From positions 124,001 through 188,000 of IMG/VR virus record IMGVR_UViG_3300035670_000008: a stretch of DNA of 64,000 nt, one strand, 5' to 3'. Under the pieces are notes generated by a model. The model was not told the DNA's origin. It worked only from the letters and a program-made list of their open reading frames with translations, and searched no databases. A program made the translations under genes and the position numbers. Shown in pieces: positions 18,216-26,106 of the stretch (position 1 is its first letter; each line of letters starts with the position of its first letter).

Positions 18216-18889
18216 TTAGCTTTTTCTGCCCCGTTATCGTCTAGGGTGAACTGGTTAATGAACACTAGGTTGGCAAACTGAACATCGCAGATTTCCCAGT
18301 CATCTAGTAAGCTGATGACATCGTTAGGGGTCTCTACAGGTTCGCCGTTAACGCTCTGAACACACATAGCAAAGAGGAATTCCTCTAAGGAGCACCCTTG
18401 CTGCTGAGGGCCCTGGTAGCGTCGGTCAGCCGCCATCTGGGTACCAGTGCTAGGCACGTTGTAGGTTAAGGACAGACTGCCGGAGGGTACTTTATCTGCT
18501 TCTAATCCATAAACCAATGCTGGAGCCAGCATATACTCGTTGGCTAACTCACGACCGACCTTAGCTTGGTCGACACTAAGCCAAAAGACTTCAATCATAA
18601 TCATGACCAAGGCTTGACGGTCAGCAATGGGAAAAGGTTTAATCCGGTCGATAATATCTTTGGGACTTTGTTTGCTTAATAAAGAATTACCTTGAAGGTC
18701 GACAACATCCACCAGTTGGTTAGCTAACACTAATTCTTCCACGGAGTAGCCGGGAGCTTTCCGGTCGTCTGATGGGTATAACTTACGAGCCTTGCGGTAA
18801 TCGCCGTAACGGGGACATTTCAGCGTTACGTTGTACTTTCCAGACGGGAGGTCTTCGTGGGAAATAGTAATTGTCTCAGGTAGCGACAT
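18098..18889 (-). CDS. Tail assembly chaperone (gpG-like), internally duplicated (263 aa)
   Basis: Two copies of a chaperone-like unit: LPSG...CPRYGDYRKARKLY...SVEELVLA...DIIDRIKPFPIADRQ and VPSG...VPSTGTQMAADRRY...SLEEFLFA...DVISLLDDWEICDVQ. It is first in an operon leading to the tape-measure-position gene. Confidence 0.65.
   Translation of the reverse strand: MSLPETITISHEDLPSGKYNVTLKCPRYGDYRKARKLYPSDDRKAPGYSVEELVLANQLVDVVDLQGNSLLSKQSPKDIIDRIKPFPIADRQALVMIMIEVFWLSVDQAKVGRELANEYMLAPALVYGLEADKVPSGSLSLTYNVPSTGTQMAADRRYQGPQQQGCSLEEFLFAMCVQSVNGEPVETPNDVISLLDDWEICDVQFANLVFINQFTLDDNGAEKAKEAGKRYRASFGQQESDAKPRARRTTAQPSETTTEPSAS
18203..18209 (-). promoter_or_regulatory. Candidate -1 ribosomal slippery site G GGG AAG (Gly-Lys)
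   Basis: Minus strand reads GAA GCG GGG AAG, just after the -1 frame opens. It resembles the lambda G/GT site (GGGAAAG, Gly-Lys) but is not a perfect XXXYYYZ heptamer. Confidence 0.4.
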
Positions 18890-18980
18890 AGAAATGAGAT
18901 TATGCTTAAGTTGCTACCTACCAGTATAAGCTAAGTCCTTGGTCTAAAGTATAAATAGAGTTCAATCTTCCTAGGCGTGC
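18890..18980. promoter_or_regulatory. 91-bp divergent control region between the chaperone/tape-measure operon and the portal/head operon
   Basis: Genes start divergently at 18889 (-) and 18981 (+). The gap is AT-rich and contains AGTATA twice (18923, 18948) and TATAAATA (18950-18957). Confidence 0.6.
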
Positions 18981-20450
18981 ATGGCTGACATAACTTATCC
19001 CGACAAGCGCTCCGTTCGTAAGCAGACAAAACAGCAAGGTCGTTACAACCTATATAACGCGCTTCGCCGACCGCTGATGTCGAAGCTACGGTTATACGAA
19101 CGTATGGCTCGCCAAGACTTAACAATCCGTTCAGCCCTTAACACCCGGGTAGATTCAATTATTGGAACGATTGGAGATGTCATACACCCAGACGAAGAGA
19201 TTCAAGAGTTTCTTAGAGACAGCCTTAAACGCCTAGAGGATGGTTCGGGTAGAAACTTTAAGTCGTGCCTACGAAATATTCAGTTCACAACAGACTGGGC
19301 AGGCTTCTCTGTGTCAGAGGTCTGCTATGCCTTCGAGAAAGGGCAGTTAGTGTTAGACAACGTTCTAACTTATCACCCTTCTTCCTTAGTCATCTATCCA
19401 AATAAGAAAGGTCTCCTAGTGGACGGGGAGGAGACAATGGATGGCTACCACAAATCAGGTATCTATCAGTATGCACTTAACTACGCTCCAGCGGAGCAGC
19501 AGCTAGACCTGTGGAAGCATATCTACTTAGGGCGGGATTGTGACTATGGCAACTACTATGGACATTCGTTGGTAGCTCCGGCTTACAAGTGGTTCCGGCT
19601 AAAAGAGGTGCTAATCGAGATGATGATTAGTGCCATGAACAAGTTAGGCAACCGACTACTGTGGATTCGCTCGCATAATACTCCTACTGAGGAGCTGGTG
19701 CTTAACCCAGCGACAGGAGAAGAGCGCCCTTTAACAACGCTAGAGTTAATTCGTAATCAGATTGAATCTAACGAGGGGGCTTTAGACACCCTGTTATTGC
19801 CGCAGGTCTCGCCGGACTACAAACCTGAAGTCGGCTCGGTGCAGATGTCTGATAACTTTGGGGATACCTTCTTAAGCACGTTAGCTTACGTTGACCAAGA
19901 GTCTGTTAGACACATCATCCCTTACTTCTTATTAATGGATAACAACTCCAACGAGTCGGCTCGGGAACGCCGGATGGAGATTTACTTTAATGATGTCTAC
20001 AATCAACGAGAAGCTTTGATTAACGCTGCAGTAATGAAGATTCTTATGCCGCTTCAGACCTGGAACTTCTCCAAGGCTGCAGCAAAGATTCCGCCGACGT
20101 TTGCCCGAGTCTACTCCGACAGACCAGAAGACCGCGTAGCCACAATGCAGATGGTTACCGGACTGACGGAGAAAGGTTATCTCAACCCAACTCACCCAAT
20201 GGATTGGAGCATGGTTCGGGAGATGTCCCGCTTGGCTAACCGGGATATGGAAGACGCAGATATCGAGTTTATTAATCAGGTCGTCATCGAACCTCTCCAG
20301 AAGCCGGAGCCAGCTCCTGGGTCGGAGGTCGTTAAGAAGCCAACGGCTGGAAGACCGAAGGGAGTGTCCAAACCAATCAGCGGGCGTCCCCCAGCTAAGC
20401 CAGCCTCGAGCGGCTCAACGACTAAGAAAAACTTGAAGGCCGGAGGGTAA
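18981..20450 (+). CDS. Portal protein (Mu gp29 / DUF935-like, 489 aa)
   Basis: Features include GFSVSEVCY, 'LTYHPSSL', 'GHSLVAPAYKWFRLK', a helical core and a basic low-complexity tail. It heads the head module, upstream of the protease and capsid genes. Confidence 0.8.
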   Translation: MADITYPDKRSVRKQTKQQGRYNLYNALRRPLMSKLRLYERMARQDLTIRSALNTRVDSIIGTIGDVIHPDEEIQEFLRDSLKRLEDGSGRNFKSCLRNIQFTTDWAGFSVSEVCYAFEKGQLVLDNVLTYHPSSLVIYPNKKGLLVDGEETMDGYHKSGIYQYALNYAPAEQQLDLWKHIYLGRDCDYGNYYGHSLVAPAYKWFRLKEVLIEMMISAMNKLGNRLLWIRSHNTPTEELVLNPATGEERPLTTLELIRNQIESNEGALDTLLLPQVSPDYKPEVGSVQMSDNFGDTFLSTLAYVDQESVRHIIPYFLLMDNNSNESARERRMEIYFNDVYNQREALINAAVMKILMPLQTWNFSKAAAKIPPTFARVYSDRPEDRVATMQMVTGLTEKGYLNPTHPMDWSMVREMSRLANRDMEDADIEFINQVVIEPLQKPEPAPGSEVVKKPTAGRPKGVSKPISGRPPAKPASSGSTTKKNLKAGG

Positions 20451-21060
20451 GCACCCCTGCATCCAAGAACGCAGTTCGGTTCAGCTCGGCCTCGGCTACT
20501 AGATGAATATGGTCGCAATCGCGGATGGTTCCGAATTCATCACAGGAGCATTGTCCAAGTTTAACGATATGCTCTAACCAACTGGGGGTAGTAACAATAA
20601 AGTGAGACCCCATTACTTCTTTCACTGAGTAGCCGTTCATCACACACTCGGCAGCTATGTAAGAGCGCCGTACGTTAATACCTTGGTCTACCAAGTCTTT
20701 GACGATTGTTTTAACCCCATTATGGGTATAAACAAGATTAGCACCTAGATACTGCGCGTCAGTAATCTGCCCCAATATGGTGTTGTGTAGAAACAGGTAG
20801 GCGAGGGCTCTACCAGTGTCAAGAGGTCCTTTACCTAGGATGAGCCGGTGGAGGTTAACTCGGGTATCAATCGTTAACCAATTACAGACCATAGAGTCCA
20901 AGGTTTTATAGTCTACTCGAATTGGAAGTTCTTTGTTGTTGTCTTTTCTTAGAACCGTAAGCTCTAAATAATCTGCTCCTAGACTGACAGAATCTTCTTG
21001 GAGGCACACTCTATAGTCTAAAGTGTGTAATGTTGCAGCCAGGTACTTAGTATTCCACAT
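20422..21060 (-). CDS. SWIM zinc-finger protein (212 aa)
   Basis: C-terminal CSCDEFGTIRDCDHIHLV matches the SWIM CxC-x(n)-CxH signature, preceded by the usual beta-strands (YSVKEV...HFIVT). It overlaps the portal 3' end convergently by 29 nt. Confidence 0.7.
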   Translation of the reverse strand: MWNTKYLAATLHTLDYRVCLQEDSVSLGADYLELTVLRKDNNKELPIRVDYKTLDSMVCNWLTIDTRVNLHRLILGKGPLDTGRALAYLFLHNTILGQITDAQYLGANLVYTHNGVKTIVKDLVDQGINVRRSYIAAECVMNGYSVKEVMGSHFIVTTPSWLEHIVKLGQCSCDEFGTIRDCDHIHLVAEAELNRTAFLDAGVLTLRPSSFS

Positions 21061-21120
21061 AAGTTAACTTGGTATATAGGTTAGCTTTCCTTTTGCTATT
21101 TTCCCCGTTTTCTATGTGAT

Positions 21121-21897
21121 ATGAGAGACTTAGATCTGCTAAATACGTTTATTGAACAATCGGCGAATAAATTTGTTCCAGCCAAGATAGACAGTGGTGC
21201 TATCAATAGCCTCAGTCTTCAACTGGATGCTCCGGTACCTCAACGACAGGTTTTCTCTAATGCAGTCGTAGCAGAGCCCGAAGAAGAGTTTTTCGTAGCT
21301 ACGCCTGTATTAGACGACGAACCTGAGGAAGAGCTAGAAGCTGAACCAGAGCCAGAACCAGAAGCCGAAGCTGAACCAGAGCCAGAGCCAGAACCAGAAG
21401 CGGATGAAGAGCCTAAGGAAGTTGCAAAGCAGAAGTTTTCTGCCCACCAAGGTGACGTTCCTCCTGGATTTAAAGTATCCGTTTCTTGCGCCAACTGTGC
21501 CTATTTCATCTGCTGGGATTATGAGCAAGATCACTTCTGCCGTAAGCATGACTTCCCCTGCGCAGCTAACTACACTTGCAACGACTTTAAGTCTAAGCGG
21601 GAAGCTGACGAGGAGGCTCACCAAAGGTTTATAGAGGAGGTTAGCGAAGCCCGGGAGGTATTTGCCGACGCAGCTGCTAGCGCTTCTGAAGAGGCGACAG
21701 AACCAGAAAATCAAGAAGATTATCAGTCTGTTCTCCAGAAGTTTAGCGACGCTACGCTGGCTGACGAAGTCTTAACACTAACTCAGAGTCGTTTCTCCAA
21801 GCGGTCTATTTATGCCGACGCGTTTTTAGACATGCACTACCGTAGTGAGTATAAGCGACGTAATGGAACTTTAAAGGGAGCTTTTATCGAGGAATAG
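21121..21897 (+). CDS. Head-module protein with an acidic Glu-Pro linker and a four-Cys motif (258 aa)
   Basis: EPEEELEAEPEPEPEAEAEPEPEPEPE linker, SCANCAYF...FCRKHDFPCAANYTC motif, and a basic C-terminus (SIYADAFLDMHYRSEYKRRNG). Its stop is 5 nt before the protease ATG. Confidence 0.7.
   Translation: MRDLDLLNTFIEQSANKFVPAKIDSGAINSLSLQLDAPVPQRQVFSNAVVAEPEEEFFVATPVLDDEPEEELEAEPEPEPEAEAEPEPEPEPEADEEPKEVAKQKFSAHQGDVPPGFKVSVSCANCAYFICWDYEQDHFCRKHDFPCAANYTCNDFKSKREADEEAHQRFIEEVSEAREVFADAAASASEEATEPENQEDYQSVLQKFSDATLADEVLTLTQSRFSKRSIYADAFLDMHYRSEYKRRNGTLKGAFIEE
21337..21402 (+). repeat. Coding low-complexity repeat (Glu-Pro/Glu-Ala)
   Basis: gaagctgaaccagagccaga occurs at 21337 and 21367 (30-nt period), plus gaacca/gagcca hexamer iterations. 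Confidence 0.85.
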
Positions 21898-21902
21898 AAA
21901 GT

Positions 21903-22958
21903 ATGCCGTTGTCCATCGAACTAAAAAACGACCAAGATTTATTAAGCGTCAGCGAGACGACCGAGGAGAAGTTCATTAAAGCTCCCGTCGCTCGTCTAGG
22001 TAAATGGAAGCACGACGCCTACGGTAAGGTTGAGTTCTCCCAGCAAGACTTTGACGATATGACCAATAACTGGAAGAATAACGCCGCTGGGTTCGAGCCG
22101 CCTCTTTATCTAGGTCACCCTCGTAACGACAAAGCTTGGAGTGGCGCACCTGCCGTTGGCTTCCTAAAGAAAATGGTTCAAGAGGGCGACACTCTCTTTG
22201 GGCTATACGAGCCTGTAGACCAAGGGGCCTTTGAAGATGTCAAACAAGGAAAGTACCGTTACGCTAGCTCCGAGGTCTATCGCAACGCTAAAGATAAAGA
22301 AACCGGTGCCACCATTGGTACATTATTGACTGCCCACGCGTTAACCAATGAACCCTACCTAACCAAGTTGCCTAGGGTAGAAGTGACAGATAAGTTGGAG
22401 CTCAGCAACCCCAACGACACCACTCGCTTTGTATTTTCTCAAGAATCAACTACCTGTACAAAAGAGGTAGTAACTATAAATGCTATGACACAAACCACCG
22501 AAGTCACATCAGAAACAACTCCCGCAGTTGACGAACGGTTCGTCAACCTACAGCAGGAGAACGAAACACTGCGACTTGAGCTCTCTGATAAGAACAAACA
22601 ACTTGCAGAACTCCAGGACGCCGTCGCTGCTATTAAGCAAGAACTTTCCATTCATACCGAGCGAGCCAAGAAGCAGGAACTTTCTGATAAGTTGGCTCGG
22701 TTGAATAAACTGAACGTCTCTGCAGCCACCAAAGAGAAGTATACACAAATCTTTACGGAAGGGTCTCTAGAGCCTTCTAGTGAAGAAAGCATTTTCTCTT
22801 TACTGGAAGAACTCTCCGCCGGCAACGTCGAAAAGTTCACCAACGTCCAGGGCACCCAAGAGAAGACAGAAGAGACTGCTGTTGAAAACCCTTATTCAGA
22901 TACTATCCTTAAGCTCGCTGAGCGTGCCAAGGAGCTAGGTCGTGAATTTGTAATCTAG
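21903..22958 (+). CDS. Prohead protease/scaffold (Mu-like prophage I protein family, 351 aa)
   Basis: LYLGHP, APAVGFL, KYRYASSEV and LTAHALTNEPYLTKLP are typical of Mu gp32-type proteases. The C-terminal part is an acidic coiled-coil scaffold. It lies directly upstream of the capsid gene. Confidence 0.85.
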   Translation: MPLSIELKNDQDLLSVSETTEEKFIKAPVARLGKWKHDAYGKVEFSQQDFDDMTNNWKNNAAGFEPPLYLGHPRNDKAWSGAPAVGFLKKMVQEGDTLFGLYEPVDQGAFEDVKQGKYRYASSEVYRNAKDKETGATIGTLLTAHALTNEPYLTKLPRVEVTDKLELSNPNDTTRFVFSQESTTCTKEVVTINAMTQTTEVTSETTPAVDERFVNLQQENETLRLELSDKNKQLAELQDAVAAIKQELSIHTERAKKQELSDKLARLNKLNVSAATKEKYTQIFTEGSLEPSSEESIFSLLEELSAGNVEKFTNVQGTQEKTEETAVENPYSDTILKLAERAKELGREFVI

Positions 22959-22998
22959 ACCCAGTGGATTAACTACTATTTAAGGAAATAAGCTAAAC

Positions 22999-24291
22999 AT
23001 GCCTCAAGAGTTTCACCCCGAGATTACAGATTACCAATATATTGGCGACTTGCCTGCCCTTGGTAGTCTACAGCTAACTAAGCTAGCCCGCGGATTTGAA
23101 GTGGCGGAGATTGGTCAGTTGGATGACCTGTTCCCCAGCCAAATGATTAACGAACGGACTATCGTCATCGAACAAATCATCGAAGGTCTGGGTATTATGC
23201 CCTTGGCTCGCTTTGGTGTTCCTGGCGGTGGCTTTATTGAGCCCGACCGGATTCGCTCGATGCGCGTCACCCCGGCGGTCGTTCGTGAAGAAGATTTCAT
23301 CGAGCAAGCGCTCATCAACCAACTCCGTCAGCCTGGTACCTTCAACCAGCAATGGAGCCCGACCCAGATCATTCAACAACGGGTACAAAAACTTGTTAAC
23401 CGTCACCGCCGTACCGTTGACCTCTTCCGTGCCAAAACCCTACTGGGCGGCATCAGCTACACCGACCCTCGGACAGGTGTCAGCATTGATGTCAGCACCA
23501 ACATTCCTGAGCATAACCTGTTCTCTTATAAAGGCTGGAATGCTGCTGTCGCTGCTGGTACCGTCGTTAACGGCTTTACTGCTGACTCGGCGCTGACCAA
23601 CGATAAAGGACGCCCTGAAGCCTTCTTCTTCCGGTCTACTGACGAGCGCTTCGGTGTGCCCTGGACTGACCCCAAAGCTGACCTGGCTTATACGATTCGT
23701 ATGATTAAGCAGTACCTGCTGAATACGAACAAAAACCAGTTCACTGAAATCATCATGCACTCTGACTTGATGACTGTTCTACAAGAGAACAACCTAGTCA
23801 AGTCCTTCATGGGTCTACCCTACGCTCTCAACACTACCGGCACCCAAGCGGCCTACACCCCCGCCAACAACATGCCGCCCTCCAGTTTCTTGGTACTCGG
23901 CCCCGGCGGTGACTTAGCCTCCTTAGGTGGTTTACGGATTCGTGTGGTTAACGGGCTGTACCGTAACCCCGTCACTAACCAGATTGAGAACTGGTGGCCT
24001 GCCCATAAGGTAGCTATCGTAGCTCCGACTCACATGAATGACTCCAGCGCTCGGTTGGGTCTAACTCAACACTGCGTCGGTGAATCTGAAGACGGACAAC
24101 CCGGTGTTTACATGCGCGTCAGCCCCATGAGCGCACCCCCGGCACCTCCCGGACGGGTAATGCAAATGGGTGATGCCTTCTTGCCCTTTGCTATCTATCC
24201 CCACTGGATTTGTCTGCTGGATGTTTGTGAGCCTGATGAACTCAAAACCAAGATCATCCTACAAGCTGACCTGAACTATGGAACGTTCTAG
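22999..24291 (+). CDS. Major capsid protein (HK97 fold, lambda gpE-like family, 430 aa)
   Basis: Follows the protease/scaffold. It has LDDLFP..., 'TIVIEQ', 'LFRAKTLLGG' and 'DPKADL' elements, strongly C-ending codons and an AAGGA ribosome-binding site upstream. Confidence 0.85.
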   Translation: MPQEFHPEITDYQYIGDLPALGSLQLTKLARGFEVAEIGQLDDLFPSQMINERTIVIEQIIEGLGIMPLARFGVPGGGFIEPDRIRSMRVTPAVVREEDFIEQALINQLRQPGTFNQQWSPTQIIQQRVQKLVNRHRRTVDLFRAKTLLGGISYTDPRTGVSIDVSTNIPEHNLFSYKGWNAAVAAGTVVNGFTADSALTNDKGRPEAFFFRSTDERFGVPWTDPKADLAYTIRMIKQYLLNTNKNQFTEIIMHSDLMTVLQENNLVKSFMGLPYALNTTGTQAAYTPANNMPPSSFLVLGPGGDLASLGGLRIRVVNGLYRNPVTNQIENWWPAHKVAIVAPTHMNDSSARLGLTQHCVGESEDGQPGVYMRVSPMSAPPAPPGRVMQMGDAFLPFAIYPHWICLLDVCEPDELKTKIILQADLNYGTF

Positions 24292-24418
24292 ACCACCGGT
24301 GTCTATACTTGTTCACTCCTCTGATAAGGTTATTGACTTGAAGGATGAGAAGACTAAGCAGGAACAACCGAATACGCTTCGCTTTCTTCAGTCAAACCTT
24401 TCTTATGGAACTTTTTAA
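24278..24418 (+). CDS. Small ORF (46 aa) whose C-terminus repeats the capsid C-terminus
   Basis: Below the track cut-off. ATG at 24278 lies inside the last capsid codons in the +1 frame. It reads MERSRPPVSILVHSSDKVIDLKDEKTKQEQPNTLRFLQSNLSYGTF*, against a capsid end of ILQADLNYGTF*. Confidence 0.5.
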   Translation: MERSRPPVSILVHSSDKVIDLKDEKTKQEQPNTLRFLQSNLSYGTF

Positions 24419-24449
24419 CCATCATCTGATTAAGGACGGCAATAAATAA

Positions 24450-25496
24450 ATGGCTACAGTACCTTTAACTGGAACTCCTGGATTTCGTTTTTTATGGCAC
24501 CTCTATCCGAGTGCCCGTAGTGGTGGTCTTAGCTACTACCCCTACTACAGCACCGTAGAGCAAGGTTTGGCCCCCAGCTGGACTCCCCCGGTTGCTTCTG
24601 GTCTGACCGATGCTCCTTCTTCCTATACGGTTGCTATCTCTGCCGGTCGTGCCTACCTGGACGGTGAAATCGCTGTCTTGACCGCTGGCCAAAACGTCGC
24701 GGTTAACCCTGGTGACCCCCTGTTCGCTCCCCCGGTTAACGGCGTTAACGACTACCCTATTTACCTGAGCCCCACCCGGATTCTTCAACCCGTGGTTAAA
24801 GGTGACACTCCTCCGACGACTTATCTGAACGGAGCTGCTATCACCGCTGGTGCCCAGTACGCTGAATGTGTTGATTTCGGTGAGTACCTTGGAGCTACTG
24901 ATTTCTATCAGTATAATGGGACTACCTGGGCTAAATACGACCCCACCTTTGCAGCTCCGATGCTACCTGCTCAAGCTGGTAAGAACCGGATTTACGGTGG
25001 TGGTATGGTTCCTTCTGTTGGGGCCAACAACCTAACGGTTCGGGCTCAAGAGAAACGAATCTACATTGAGAACAAGTACCCCCCGTACACCAACTCTAAC
25101 TCCAAAGCACTCCTCCGGGATGGTTGTTCCTTGGAGTTGGCCAATGTTTCCCTGTACTACTTCGTTCTCCCCCTCAGCATTAAAGTTGCCACGACGGCTA
25201 GCTCTGCTACCATTACGACTGACGCTGCTACGGCTGCCGTACTGGCTGATATGGTTGCTGCAGCTGGTAGTGTTGGCGCTCTTGCGGTCAAACTTACTGG
25301 ACCTTCTGGGTTCTTCACCGGCGGTGGAGCTTCTTCTAACATTACTGCTATTAGTGGTACTAACATCACTACAGCTGCTACAGTAGTAGCTAACAACGCT
25401 GAAGTTACTCTGACCATCGAGCCCCAAACGGCTGGTCTTATTTATCTTCTGGCCCCCGCTAAATCTGCGTTGTTGGTAAACAGCATCCCTGTCTAG
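24450..25496 (+). CDS. Putative head decoration / structural protein (348 aa)
   Basis: Follows the capsid gene with the same highly-expressed codon bias. It contains TVAISAGRAYLDGE and an Ala/Thr-rich beta C-terminus. Confidence 0.5.
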   Translation: MATVPLTGTPGFRFLWHLYPSARSGGLSYYPYYSTVEQGLAPSWTPPVASGLTDAPSSYTVAISAGRAYLDGEIAVLTAGQNVAVNPGDPLFAPPVNGVNDYPIYLSPTRILQPVVKGDTPPTTYLNGAAITAGAQYAECVDFGEYLGATDFYQYNGTTWAKYDPTFAAPMLPAQAGKNRIYGGGMVPSVGANNLTVRAQEKRIYIENKYPPYTNSNSKALLRDGCSLELANVSLYYFVLPLSIKVATTASSATITTDAATAAVLADMVAAAGSVGALAVKLTGPSGFFTGGGASSNITAISGTNITTAATVVANNAEVTLTIEPQTAGLIYLLAPAKSALLVNSIPV

Positions 25497-25508
25497 ATTT
25501 AACTTCCA

Positions 25509-26099
25509 ATGCCTAAGCAAATCTTAGCTGTCGCGCCTGTCAATCTTAGAATTGCCGGGCGCATTTATTCAATTGAAGCTGGCAAAAGCCTAGCTGTCTC
25601 CGACGATGAATCCCAGATGATTATGTCTGGGTCTTCATCTAGCAAGTTCAAACTCATTGGTGACTTTATGTCAGAAACTCCAATTAGTATCCACAGCGCG
25701 GGGCTGCCCACCTACGCCCCGCCTAAAACCGCAGCTCCAAATCTAGCTGCTCATAAGGACTGGGCAACACCTTTCGTGCCTGGGACTGTTCCTGACCCAA
25801 TAGACGACGTCTATAAGTTTAACGCAGAGGCTAATAAGGATTTTTACCAAGCCGTTCTGGAATTACCGGGGGACCCCATCTCAGCGGATGGTCCTTTACC
25901 TGAAGCGTCAATCTCTCAACTACCAGAACGGACGCCTATTACCCCTGACACCCACTGGTCTAAGGTCAAAGCTCACCTGTCGGTGATAGCTAAACAAGAG
26001 CCTATTAACTATGGAGAGGTAGAGGAGATTCGTCAGATGTTCTCTAAGTCCCCCTCCATCAGAGTTGAGTGCGACCGTATTCTAGCCAACCGTCCTTAG
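25509..26099 (+). CDS. Hypothetical protein (196 aa), head/neck region
   Basis: ORF packed in the operon. No recognisable motif. Confidence 0.6.
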   Translation: MPKQILAVAPVNLRIAGRIYSIEAGKSLAVSDDESQMIMSGSSSSKFKLIGDFMSETPISIHSAGLPTYAPPKTAAPNLAAHKDWATPFVPGTVPDPIDDVYKFNAEANKDFYQAVLELPGDPISADGPLPEASISQLPERTPITPDTHWSKVKAHLSVIAKQEPINYGEVEEIRQMFSKSPSIRVECDRILANRP

Positions 26100-26106
26100 G
26101 AGCGCC

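Noticed and set aside
24326-24400. Imperfect long stem (aaggtt..tgact..gaagga / ttcttcagtcaaacctt) after the capsid gene
   Set aside because: It needs two bulges and a ~38-nt loop, which is plausible by chance in this composition. It cannot be supported without folding and covariation analysis.
24345-24449. 34-codon ORF (MRRLSRNNRIRFAFF...) ending just before the 24450 ATG
   Set aside because: It has no usable RBS spacing and overlaps the better-supported 24278-24418 ORF in another frame.
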